DNA of 64,000 nucleotides from Octopus sinensis (taxonomy: Eukaryota). This document shows positions 1 through 11,789 of the stretch, one piece after another. The position numbers and the translations under genes are program-made. Positions within the stretch are counted from its first letter, which is position 1, and each line of letters begins with the position of its first letter. Under the pieces are notes generated by a model that searched no databases, was not told where the DNA came from, and saw only the letters and a list, made by a program, of their open reading frames with translations. The stretch spans positions 25,916,001-25,980,000 of the forward strand of contig NC_043006.1 in NCBI RefSeq assembly GCF_006345805.1, read 5' to 3'.

Positions 1-163
1 CCAGTAAGGCGATGCAGGTAACGATCACACTCGAATGGTGCTTTTTATATGCCACCGGCACAGAAGCCAGTTTGTTGCTATGTCAACGATCACACTCAGA
101 TGGACCTCTTAGTGCTATATATATATATATACACACACACATACATATGTGTGTGTGTGTGTG

Positions 164-497
164 AAGGCGCATGGCTCAGTGGTAATAGTGTGAAGCTTAC
201 AATTGTAAGATTGTGAGCTCGAATCGGACTGGGCTGCATGTTGTGTTCTTGGGTGAGACACTTTATTTCACGTTGCTCCAGTTCACTCAGCTGTAGAAAT
301 GAGTTGCGACATCACAGGTGCCAAGCTGTATTGGCCTTTGCCTTTCCCTTGTATAACACTGGTGGTGTGGAGATGGGAGGCCCAGTATGCATGGACGACT
401 GCTGGTCTTCCATAAACAACTTTGCCCAGACTTGTGCCTGGGAGGGTAACTTTCTAAGTGCAATCCCTTGGTCCGTGTCATGACCGAAGGGGGTCTC
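164..497 (+). mobile_element. tRNA-derived SINE (degraded)
   Basis: Head GGCGCATGGCTCAGTGG (A-box-like) and a degenerate B-box (GAGCTCGAATC), followed by a SINE body; flanked by microsatellites. Confidence 0.55.
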
Positions 498-542
<45 letters not shown>

Positions 543-572
543 ATATATATACACACACACATATATGTATAT

Positions 573-604
<32 letters not shown>

Positions 605-639
605 GTATGCCTATATATATTATATATACATATATATAT

Positions 640-1115
640 ATCATCATCATTTAACGTCCACTTTCCATGCTGGCATGGGTTGGGCGGTTTGACTGAGAAC
701 TGGCAAGCCAGATTGCTGCACCAGGCTCCAATCCAATCTGGCAGTGTTTCTACAGCTGGATGCCCTTCCTAATGCCAACCACTCCGAGAGTGAAGTGGGT
801 GCTTTTATGTGCCACTGGCACAAGGGCCAGTCACGCGGTATTGGCAATGGCCACGCTCAAATGGTGTTTTTCATGTGCCACCTGCACAGGAGCCAGTCCA
901 GCGGCACTGGCAACAACCTCGCTTGAATGTTGTTTTTCACATGCCACCGGCACAAGTGCCAGTAAGGCGACACTGGTAATGATCACACTCAAATGGTGCT
1001 TTTTACATGCCACCGGCAAGGGAGCCAGTCAGTGGCCCTGGCAACGATCACGCTCGGATGGTGCTCTTAACGTTCCACTAGCACGGATGCCAGTCAGGCG
1101 GTGCTGTCTTCGGCC
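640..1115 (-). mobile_element. RTE-LINE-associated 3' tail repeat with ~65-bp internal subrepeats
   Basis: Reverse complement of the sequence that follows the RTE ORF at 23230-23600; ends in (GAT)n; repeated TTTTAYRTGCCACCGGCAC motif. Other copies at 1-115, 5787-6300 (+) and 17441-17750 (-). Confidence 0.65.
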
Positions 1116-1451
1116 ACGTCAGCAAAGTAGAAAAAAGATCAATTTCATACACGAACTTCTGTTTGTTTATTATATGACAATAATAAGTGACTTGTATGTG
1201 TTATTTTATATATCAATGCAGTAATGGCAATTACATAATACACAAGACTTTGGCCGACATGGGCCTGAACCCTAGGCAACATAGTTGGAAAGCAAGCTTC
1301 TCAACCACACACCCACACTTATAAAGGAGAGATACATTTTGGATAATATACTCCTTGAAACAATATGCTTAAGATGGGTTGTTTACAGTCAGAAGCCCTT
1401 TGATCTTAATATTTACTCAAGCAACTCAACAACTAACAGTGCTACACCAAA

Positions 1452-1935
1452 CAGGGTGTTCCAGAATTAACCATATGTTTCAATGAAATTGAGCAAATTT
1501 TTCAAAAACTGACAGAATTTCATGTTTATTACTAAAACAAATAGATTTATAAATCTTACATCAGACTTTTATTGAAAATTTTCAACATGTCTGTGTCCCA
1601 GCATACTTCAAATCTCTCCTTAGCATTGTGAAACACATTTTAAAGCATTTCAGGAGTTAGCTCCTGCACTGCTAACTGAATGTGGTCTTTAAGCTCGGCT
1701 GAACGATTGCTCCATCTTGGGGATGGAGGTAAAGAAAATGATTGCTGCCAAATTGAAAAAAAGCTGTCATGTACAAATAAGGGGGGTCCAACAGGAATGA
1801 AAATAAAATTATAAACAAAATTCAACATGTATACACTTTTAGCACATATTAAACATGATAAACATAAATAAAAGTGAGCTTTAAAAAAAATGCATCCAAT
1901 TTCACTCAAATGGTTATTAATTCTGGGACACCCTG
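1452..1935 (-). mobile_element. Non-autonomous Tc1/mariner deletion derivative
   Basis: TIRs CAGGGTGTTCCAGAATTAA (1452) and TTAATTCTGGGACACCCTG (ends 1935, then TA); minus strand keeps a transposase C-terminus-like stretch (ELKDHIQLAVQELTPEML). Confidence 0.65.
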
Positions 1936-2838
1936 TATTTTACTCGTCCAATTAAACAGGGGAGGGAACTCAGGAGGGGACTAATTGCAGGTGACGATTG
2001 TAGCTTCTAGAAGGGAGTGACGTGGTCAAACTCAAATGGTTGTGAGTCACAACAGCACTTAGTTTTTTGTATGAACATTTGGCCTTATATAGTTTGGACA
2101 TGGATGACATAGAAAGCAGACATGCTGCCGGGCCATCCTGTGTTGCACAGGATTGGAAACATGAAACATTAACAGGGCACTTCTGGAGAATGGACATATG
2201 GGTTTGTTGTGCCTTTACCCAGCTGCACACACATGCACATGACCCGGTGGTGCGTGGGATGGTAACATGAAGCATCAACAGGGCACTGACAAAAATTTTA
2301 ATATTCTTCTCATGTCCACTGCCAAATTGAACCAAATAGTTTTCAATGAAATATTATGCGCTACTTGTAATGCATAAGTAGTGTCAATATTTTATCGTCG
2401 GAAAATGGCCTAAAACAAAGACAAAACCCAGTGCAGTATACACAAATCTGATTAATCTACATTTTTGGGGAGCCCATAGTCGGTGTCGGAAATTTTCTTT
2501 TAGTCAATGGCAATTTGAGCAGCCTGATTAATCATCATCATCATTTAGCGTCTGCTTTCCATGCTAGTATGGGTTGGACGGTTCAACTGGGGTCTGTGAA
2601 GCCAGAAGGCTTCATCTAATATAAATTAGAGATAAAACCACTATTATGCAATTCAAACAATAATAGACATAAACCAAAACATAAATAACAAATAAAATAT
2701 ATAATAAATGGCAGTGTGGTAGGAACTTTGCTTCGTAATTATACATGTGTGTGTGTGTCTTCAAGCTGGCACCCCAGCATTTCCATAGGTTAATGATTGA
2801 AATAAGTACAATATAAAAGATATATAATATATATACAT

Positions 2839-2886
<48 letters not shown>

Positions 2887-3072
2887 AAGTAAATAAATGG
2901 CACAACGAAGCACCGATATTTACTGGAAAATAGCGAACGTAATAAATACGATGCTAATGTATAGCTTCACTGTGTATGTACTAGTAAAGATGCGTGTGTG
3001 CAACAAACATGAAAAAAAATTGTCTTACCTCTAGGAAGAACATCTGAAAAATGAAAAACCTAGAAACGGATA

Positions 3073-3144
3073 ATGCAGTACTGGTTTCAGACTCTTCAAA
3101 ATACGTTTGCCAACGTATATTTGATTTGTCTTCATCAGCTGCAT
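3073..3144 (-). ncRNA. Type I hammerhead ribozyme motif (copy 1)
   Basis: Minus strand: AUGCAG-CUGAUGA-AGAC[extended stem II closed by GGCA tetraloop]GUCU-GAAAC-CA-GUA-CUGCAU; full conserved core, 6-bp stem I. Confidence 0.85.
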
Positions 3145-3266
3145 ATACCTCGACAACATTTCAAATGTTGCCACATCTATGCCAGTACACTCGTCTGAAC
3201 GCCAAAACGTTAACAGAACGAGAACAGTGAAGAAGTTTCAATGAATATAGTAATGCAATACAAGAG

Positions 3267-3299
<33 letters not shown>

Positions 3300-3500
3300 T
3301 ATATATACATATAAAAGTAAATAAATGGCACAACGAAGCACCGATATTTACTGGAAAATAGCGAACGTAATAAATACGATGCTAATGTATAGCTTCACTG
3401 TGTATGTACTAGTAAAGATGCGTGTGTGCAACAAACATGAAAAAAAATTGTCTTACCTCTAGGAAGAACATCTGAAAAATGAAAAACCTAGAAACGGATA

Positions 3501-3572
3501 ATGCAGTACTGGTTTCAGACTCTTCAAAATACGTTTGCCAACGTATATTTGATTTGTCTTCATCAGCTGCAT
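3501..3572 (-). ncRNA. Type I hammerhead ribozyme motif (copy 2)
   Basis: Identical to 3073-3144, offset 428 bp. Confidence 0.85.
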
Positions 3573-3693
3573 ATACCTCGACAACATTTCAAATGTTGCC
3601 ACATCTATGCCAGTACACTCGTCTGAACGCCAAAACGTTAACAGAACGAGAACAGTGAAGAAGTTTCAATGAATATAGTAATGCAATACAAGA

Positions 3694-3732
<39 letters not shown>

Positions 3733-4739
3733 TTATAAACAAGGGCAAAAGAAAAAAATTTCTAATGCCAAATATGCTGAAATTAGACACAACATCCCCA
3801 ACCATACAATTCATCACTATAAGCATGCATCTCGAAGAAAGCCGACAGAAATTTCTTTAAAATTCCGTTATTATCATATCGGACCCGATTTCAGAGTTAA
3901 TTCAAAAGAACCTTCTCTTTGTCAGTGATAAATGCGGCAAAGAAATAAATGAAATACTTACTTATACCCATGGAAGAAGCAAACACTAAGTCATGAGCAC
4001 AATTAAGTACCCCAAATATATCCAAAATAGAAATTCTCCAGCCCATTCGAGACACATGCAATTCGAACTGAAAACTCTCATAGAGTGAGAGAGTCCAGAA
4101 GTGAACACTATTAAATTTACATCTAATATAGGATAAAATTTTTTAATGGCCAGCATATTAAAAAATACCTTTAAAGGTTAAATTTATAAACAACTTATAA
4201 ATAAGGGCAAAAGAAAAAAAATTTCTAATTCCAAATATGCCGAAACTAGATACAACATCCCCAACCATAACAATTCATCACTATAAACACGCGTCTTATA
4301 TATTTATAAGATTCAAATTCTTACCAGCCTGACAAGAAAGGCCCATTAAAGGCTTCGAAAGTTGAAGTAGTACAGTTTCTGAATCAAACTGCATTGCGTA
4401 ATGTGTGTGTGTGTGTATATATATATACACACACACACATATATATATAGATAGGTAAAGATAGATATTATATATCATACATATGACAAGCAAACAAGCT
4501 TAAATATGACTTCTCTTTATATATATGTTTTTATATTAATATATAAGGGTAAGACCACAAACCAAATTTCTACAAAAGTCTAATTAGACTAATTAGTCCA
4601 TCTGACTTGGGAAGGCCTAGTATTTTAGTTAAATTAATATTGCAAATCAGAAATTTAATTGAATTGGATCTTTGGCAAAATACAAAGTTCTAAATTAGTT
4701 TTGAAATATGAAATATAAAGATAATACTAGCTTTATACA

Positions 4740-5630
4740 ATTGCCACAATTGTACTGAGGACCTGAGAATCCACAAATTAAGGGGGAGCATCATGTTAAT
4801 TTTCCCAGGAGTTACAGTATGGTACAATTTATCAGCAAAAGGATTAATTGGAGTATTCCTTTTTAACAATATTGCGATTGGATCTATTTACTTGAACTTG
4901 CTGTGATAATTTATCATGCCAAACATTCAAGAGGATTTTGAAGATGTGCAGTTTATTTCCAGTACAATGAGACACCCCCACACCACAATAGTGGTTGAGA
5001 AAGAGGTTCAGTAGAATACTCTCTGTATTCACTAGATCTCACACCACTAGACATTTCTTATGAGGATACTTAAAAGATAATCTACAGGCGCAGGAGTGGC
5101 TGTGTGGTAAGTAGCTTGCTAACCAACCACATGGTTCCAGCTTCAGTCCCACTGTGTGGAATCTTGGGCAAGTGTCTTCTGCTATAGCCCCGGGCCGACC
5201 AATGCCTTGTGAGTGGATTTGGTAGACGGAAACTGGAAGAAGCCTGTCGTATATATGTATATATATATATATGTGTGTGTGTGTTTGCCTCCCTAGCATT
5301 GCTTGACAACCAATGCTGGTGTGTTTACGTCCCCGTCACTTAGCGGTTTGGCAAAAGAGACCGATAGAATAAGTACTGGGCTTACAAAGAATAAGTCCCG
5401 GGGTCGATTTGCTCAACTAAAGGCGGTGCTCCAGCATGGCCGCAGTCAAATGACTGAAACAAGTAAAAGAGAGTACAAAACTTGCAACAGTTGAGGAAAT
5501 GAGAGCAGCCATTGAACAAGAATTCACACATATACTGAACGACATGTTTCTTGATGTTTCCAATTCCATTGCTTTGTATAATCAGTAGCACCTGGACTGG
5601 AGCAACCATCAGTTTAAAAACAGGCATTCA
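4740..5630 (+). pseudogene. Degraded Tc1/mariner-superfamily transposase remnant interrupted by a SINE
   Basis: Fragments GVTVWYNLSAKGLIG, ETPPH (degenerate DGAPPH) and SLDLTPLD...GYLKD; resumes after the SINE as KLATVEEMRAAIEQEF. Confidence 0.6.
5086..5472 (+). mobile_element. tRNA-derived CORE-type SINE, near full length
   Basis: GGCGCAGGAGTGGCTGTGTGGTAAG head, CORE-like TCTTGGGCAAGTGTCTTCT, tail ending GAAACAAGTAAAAGAG, flanked by TACA. Partial copies near 8730-8885 (-), 17985-18275, 24487-24820, 30260-30420 and 47890-48310. Confidence 0.75.
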
Positions 5631-6696
5631 TAAAGAAATTTCTGTCGGTAGAATCTATTAAATTTGGAAAATTAAATGTATTTTAATAAACACTAACTTT
5701 ATAATAATTGAATGTGTGTATACATTTTTATTGACTATCCATATACATGCATATATGTATGTAGTTGTGAGTATGTATTTATATATATAGACCCAGGAAG
5801 ACATGGGATGAGGTGGTCAAGCATGACCTTCAAATGTTGGGCCTCACAGAGGCAATGACGAAAGACCGAGATCTCTGGAGATATGCTGTGACTGCAAAGA
5901 CCTGACAAATAACGTGAGTTCATGGCTGTTTCCTGCACCAGTTTCGCATAGTAGCCCCAGCCCATCCAAAGTACCTTGGATTGCAGAAAGACTTGCTGTG
6001 CTTACCTTGGATCATAGGGTGACCTGTTATGCTTGAGGAGACCTATTGAGTCAAGTATATCAACATCAAAATAAATATCAAATGGAAATTGTAGTTGTGA
6101 TAGCTGTGCCAGTGGCACATAAAATGCACCATCCAAACGTGGCCACTGCCAGCCTCCCCTGGCACGTAAAAAGCACCCACTACACTCATTGAGTGGTTAG
6201 CGTTAGGAAAGGCATCCAGCTGTAGAAACACTGCCAGATCAGTGTCAAACTGTCCAACCCGTGCTAGCACAGAAAACAGACATTAAACGATGATGGTGAT
6301 ATGATATATATATATATACACTACCGTCAGAAATTAATTAGCACCCTTGATTTGCTCTTCACTCAAGGTATGTGCTGTCACCTAGTGGCCATATCTCGAA
6401 CTATTGCTTTGTTGCGAGTTCACTGTTGCGCAGAACGATGACTTAACTTTGTTTGCAGAGCGGTTTGAGAGTCTACAGCCTAATGATGTTGACATAGCAG
6501 TGCAACAACAACTTGGAGTGTGGATGCAGACAAATCTTACTTTGTTTAATAGATATAGGTAGCGCCTCGCAAGGACCGAAATCACACCGTACGAAGTTTT
6601 CTCATCGCGTAAGACGTTTTGAACAGCTCGTAAGTTAATTGATTTGTGTATTTGCAAGATTTTTTTTACTCACAAATTCTCCTACACTCTGCTTCG

Positions 6697-6711
6697 TGAC
6701 GTCACTTCCGG
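6697..6711. promoter_or_regulatory. Overlapping CRE/ETS motif in the transposon promoter region
   Basis: TGACGTCACTTCCGG just upstream of a probable 5'UTR intron (donor GTGAGA at 6744, acceptor TTCCTAG ending at 6870). Confidence 0.5.
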
Positions 6712-6870
6712 TTCACAAAACTTTCTGTTATACATCAAATAAGGTGAGAAATTCTGCTTTCTTTCTTTTTTGTTTAATGAATAATAACTCATAGCAGTTT
6801 TGTTATAGCATAACATTATTCAAATGAATAGTTTTAATGAAAATAACTGGTTTTTATCGTTCATTCCTAG

Positions 6871-7859
6871 ATGGGCCCAAGACCTCGCATGACCTAGGAG
6901 AGACGGTACGAGGCTCTCTCGTGGCGTGGGAAGCTGTCGGAGGCTGCAATAGCCAGAAAACTTGGTGTAGCCAGGCGCACAATTCAGTGCTTATTTAAGA
7001 AATACGAGGAAACCGGATCAGCAGCTGACAAAAAGGGTAGGGGACGGAAGAGGCTGACGACCCAGCGGGAGGACCGGATGCTGATCCGAAAGTCACTGAA
7101 CAACCGAAGAGCAACGAGCCAGCAACTGGCGGAAGAGATGCAAAAGGTGACAGGGAAGCAGTTGTCTACAACCACCGTCAAGACCAGATTACTGGAAGCT
7201 GGTCTAAAATCCTGTAGGGCCGCCCGTAAGCCGCTGCTCTGGGCCCGTGCCCACAAGACATGGACCGTGCAGCAGTGGCGGACAGTGATGTTCACTGACG
7301 AGTCGCGATTCAGTCTCGTCAGTGTCAAGCCTGTCCATGTGCGACGCCGCAGAGGTGAGCACTTCAACAAAGACTGCATTGCTCCCACCATGAAGCATGG
7401 TGGGGGTGGTCTGATGGTGTGGGGGGCGTTCAGCTACAGTGGTGTTGGGCGGCTCTATGCGGTCGAAGGCAACATCAACGCAGCAAAGTACGTTGAGATA
7501 GTACGGAATGCTGCCCTACCCTCTGTGGGATACCTCTTTGGTGGCGAGGAGTACGTGCTTCAGCAGGACAACGCGCCTCCCCACACAGCCAAGCTCACAA
7601 CCGGTTTCTTCAAGGACCATGGGGTGACAGTCATTGACTGGCCTGGCCAGTCACCTGACCTGAACCCTATTGAGAACCTCTGGAGTGATTGGGTAGGGAT
7701 TTGAATGTGCAGCAATACAGGAACCGACACGAGCCGTTTGGGGCACTTCTTGCTGCATGGAGGGCCATCCCTGCACAGTACCTGCAGGCACTCATAGACA
7801 GCATGCCGGCCCGCGTAGCAGCTGTCATTGCTGCCAAAGGAAGAGCAACAAGATATTGA
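6871..7859 (+). pseudogene. Tc1 transposase, inactivated
   Basis: ATG 6871 in frame with ORF 7078-7704; HTH (IARKLGVARRTIQ); FTDESRF, QQDNAPPH and DLNPIENLW with 34 residues between the second D and E; premature TAG at codon 9; frameshifted C-terminus LIDSMPARVAAVIAAKGRATRY*. Confidence 0.9.
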
Positions 7860-8257
7860 CTAAATTTCACGATTAATAACAATTATGTAGTATGCTATGA
7901 TATGTTTAAATAAATTTTTGATTAAAAACGAGTTCGTTTCTGATAATAAGTTAATTAAATTAAGAAAATGTAAGAAAATGTAAAAATTTGAGAAGTGCTA
8001 ATTAATTTCTGACGCAAGTGTATAGCTTTCAGCTGTTACATGTATCAGACTGTGGAAATGGTAGGGCACAGCCTTGAAGAGTTTAATAGAACAAATCAAC
8101 CCCAGTGCTTATATTTTTAAGTGTGGTACTTATTCTATTGGTTTCTTTTGCCAAAACCACTAATTTACAGGGACATAGACAAACCAACACCAGTTGTCAA
8201 GCAGTGGGCTGAAGATATACACAAAGACAAAAACATACGTATTTATATGTAAATATT

Positions 8258-8437
8258 TCGCCACGATAGATCACTAGCCACTACACATTCTTTATTTTCT
8301 CTCCTTTGTTTCTTTCTGTGGAAGAGCGCAGGCTCAAAACGTTAACGACTTTTTCACTTCCTGAGTGTTATACTAATACATCTGTTTGCTGTCTACACCA
8401 CCTGTCTTCGTCTTTTGTTTTTTTGTGAATTCTCCCT
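8258..8437 (+). mobile_element. Short Penelope-like repeat with degenerate hammerhead-like motif (family D, copy 1)
   Basis: Reverse complement of 21151-21370 and 31004-31211; contains TCTTT-CTGTGGA-A-GAGC-GCAG-GCTC-AAAAC-GTT at 8311-8343. Confidence 0.6.
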
Positions 8438-10659
8438 ATATATGTAAATACATAGATAATAATGCTGTCTACTTGTTAGATGAGCATGACCACCACTGAC
8501 AACTGTCAGCGATGCCTGTGCAACTTGCACGACATCACAGAGACTCACTAATTAATACCAAGTGCAGAGACAAGCAAAGTGCAAGATATCTGGCTCTGTA
8601 GAGCAGCAGGTTTTACAAACTAGTTAAACTTCTGCTAAGGGGATTCCTTGGTCACACACTTCCAGTGGGCTTACTGACCCTCAGACACTAATCAATATAT
8701 TTCTACATCCCAACGCAATACACACTACAGGCTTCTACAGTTTCTGTCAATCGAATTTACTCACAAGGTTTTGTTGAACTGAAGGTTATAGTAGAAGACA
8801 TTTGCCCAAGGTGTCATGCAGTGGGACTGAACCCAAAACCATATGGTTACAAAGTATGTTTCTTAACCACACAGTCATGCCTATATTCATTTACTGCAGC
8901 CATCATTTGTAAACTGACAGTAGTAAGGAAAATGTTACTAAGTGGAAGTTAATAACCAAATCTCTTCCTAGACACAACCTATTAACATGTCTGGAAAGTG
9001 GGTGATTTAGAAAAAGCAATCAGAGAAAACTTGGAAATAAAGAACAATGTGAACATGAAAGAAGTGATAACAATGATTGAAGCTGATGTGATAAGGGTAA
9101 AATAGAGCGTGTAATGAAACAAGAGATGGGTGTGTCAAGTGAAGTTCGTACGCAAATAACCGGTTTAGAGGAGCAGAGACCACTGTTGTAGCAGTAACTT
9201 AGGCACAGAGAGAAGAGACAGTGTGTCTGTTGGTCAGATATGTTGGTGAGTCTCACCCACTCAGTTGGATATTCTTTTGGATATGGGTTAAAATATCAGT
9301 GAGTATAGGAGCGACGTCGTTCCATACGTGGAAGCAGTACACAACTGTGAATTTCATGTGAACTTTGGTAAGTAACTGATAAGAACAGAATTATTTACAG
9401 ACCCTGAGGAGGAAGGTTGCAGTTTTTGCTGTAATGTAACCAGGATAGATCATCAGAGATGACTTTTCATTTTGAGGATTATAGTTGTATGTTCTCCAAG
9501 ACTAACAACTAGATAGGGTAAGGCATGAGATCGTTGTCTATATAAGTAAGGATCCAACAAATAAAGCCTAAGATAGCATACCGGATGTGTAAACAGCTTT
9601 TCGAAAGTTCGTACGGCGAGGCAAGACTGCTTTCGGGTCCTTGTGGATGGAGTCCTCTCAAAATTGAAAGGAAAGTGCAAGGTTTTTGTTTACTTTTTTG
9701 AGGACACGCCTGGCAGATAGTTATGGGCCCTTCTTTAGCACTCTGGACCCAGACCAAAGTACCAGCAGAGTCAACCACTATATATAGGCCTTGTGTGTGT
9801 GTATGTGTGTTACCAGTTTGAGACAGAAAAGTGTAACGTGCTACTAATTGTATACGAACAACTGGCGACTATTATCGATTACATTACAAAGCACCTCCAA
9901 AACTCTCTATCACAAATTCTGCACTTACATCTTATTTTCGGTTATTTAAGGTTATTTTAACGAGTTGTCTGGAAGGAATTTTTTACAAAGACACCCACTT
10001 ACAATGACTAGACGGTTAGGTTCGTACACGGGGTACACATAATTGATTGAGGAAGTTACTAAGCCGAAGTATTTTAAATACTTATGTGTTGTATATTGTC
10101 CTTCTGCTTTGTTTATAATGAACTGGTATACTGTATAAATGTAACAATTTACACATTATTACTTACTTGCGATGTTTAATATACGGTTATTATTATTATT
10201 TTTTTTTTTTTTGATAAACCTATGTTTACTTTCAGTCTAAAACTCTGGTCACAATCAAAACAAATCGTGCGATTCGTAAACACAACCTTATCTCGTTTTA
10301 TAACTAAAATTTAATAGGAACTTCGTATGAAGATCACCGACGATATATAAATTGATGACGCAAACAAAGAATTTAAAACAAACCAGCCAGGGGCATTCTT
10401 TCAATGATAATTAAAATATGACTACCACTCCCACTCCAGAATGAATACAAACCACTCATATGGATACATTGACCAGACAAGTACTCTTACTCACACTTTC
10501 AGTTTCCGTGAAAGGTAGGGGTATATTAGAGTTTCCAACTCCCTGTTCAAGTTTTTTAATCAGTTTTCGGAACATGTTCTCGGTAAATTTCCTTCACCAT
10601 ACGTATGAATTTCTTTCATGGGTACCACAGAATAACCTGGTGTTCCATATTGACACGTT

Positions 10660-11117
10660 GTAACAGACATGCGCTGCACACCGGAAGTAATCGCTCGAGC
10701 GTTCAGCTATCATGGCCACCTGATCATCGGAGCAGACGATCCTTTATTTACATCCGCTTTCTCACCACTCGCCGTATAAAACTATCATACATAAACGGAA
10801 TTTTTGTGTCGGTGTACATAATGCCTTGCAATTCTATGTTCAAATCCCATTGTGGAGGTCACCTAGATTTTCAAATTTACGAGTTCACTGCAATAAATAG
10901 AGTGATTTAATCACCAATATCGTCCCCGACCTTCATTTTGCGGGTAAAGTGAAATAAGGGGGGAGGGGTCAGCTTGCATCAGAAATCATTACTTTTCAAT
11001 CTCACCATTCACAAGAATTACGGAAGGGAGTCTACTCCGGTTGATAAGTTAAATTTGTCTTAAGCGGAAGTACTGCAAAGTTTTACAAACTCTACTACGA
11101 TACTCTTGTCAAATAAG
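10660..11117. promoter_or_regulatory. Putative CpG-rich bidirectional promoter and TRNT1 non-coding exon 1
   Basis: Non-repetitive CpG-enriched region with ETS motifs CCGGAAGT (10681) and GCGGAAGT (11064); + strand donor AAG|GTAAAA after 11117; candidate acceptor TTGCAG| at 18565 upstream of the TRNT1 ATG. Confidence 0.45.
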
Positions 11118-11789
11118 GTAAAAAGAAATTGCTTGATTTTTTTAATTTAACGTTTGGATTTTCTATTTTGGGAAAAACATTCAGCTGTTAGTGAGCATTT
11201 ACATGATAATTAAAACTTTATTACTTCGCCTCTTCAATTACATATCACTAAAAATAGCACGATCTGCTTGACATCGGAATTAAATATTGACATTTTTTCG
11301 GGTTGTGATTACAAAATGAAAGTAATGATGTCGATACTCTTTCAAATGGCTCCATGGGCGAATCGAATAGACACACCCATTAAAAATGAAATTCTTCGGA
11401 TTCTTCTGTTTTCAAGAACGGAAAATAGGATTTTGCCTTTACACGCATGCACACACACACACATACCTTTTTCGTTTTTTTTTTTGTTTTTGTGGGTGGT
11501 GATTTCATATTTAAAATGCGAAGTTATTTTTTGAGATGAGAATAAGTACGATTATTGTGTGTGTCCAAAGTACTGTCAAAATATTGCGTTTTATTTTTTA
11601 TCTCCAAAATAGAAAGTCAGTCCTGTATTATCCGCACAGCTTGAAGTAAGGTGAATAAAATCAAAATAAGTAACAGGATTTCAAGTAGGGTGTATAAAAT
11701 CGTGTTACTTACTTTGATTATATATATATAAAATGTGACCTCGTGTGTACCGTTGGCGATTTTTTTTCCTGTGTCTTCCCTTCTCCTAT

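Larger units (their letters stand above)
2880..3694. repeat. Head-to-tail tandem duplication, 428-bp period, one hammerhead ribozyme per unit
   Basis: 2880-3266 and 3308-3694 read as identical; they are separated and flanked by (TA)n. Confidence 0.9.
6319..8020 (+). mobile_element. Tc1-like DNA transposon (DD34E), complete ends
   Basis: 26-bp TIRs CACTACCGTCAGAAATTAATTAGCAC (6319-6344) and GTGCTAATTAATTTCTGACGCAAGTG (7995-8020), 2 mismatches; TA on both sides. Confidence 0.93.

Noticed and set aside
790-1110. Regularly spaced ~65-bp repeats with a small hairpin (GTGCCACCGGCAC), superficially CRISPR-like
   Set aside because: The intervening sequences are homologous to each other, there are no cas genes, and the array is the 3' tail of an RTE-associated repeat found several times in the window.
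4325-4365. CTGACAAGAAAGGCCC...GGCTTCGAAAG hammerhead-like spacing
   Set aside because: Core and stem I do not fit the consensus.
8930-9840. Possible solo LTR
   Set aside because: No paired copy, TSD or clear TG...CA termini could be established by eye.
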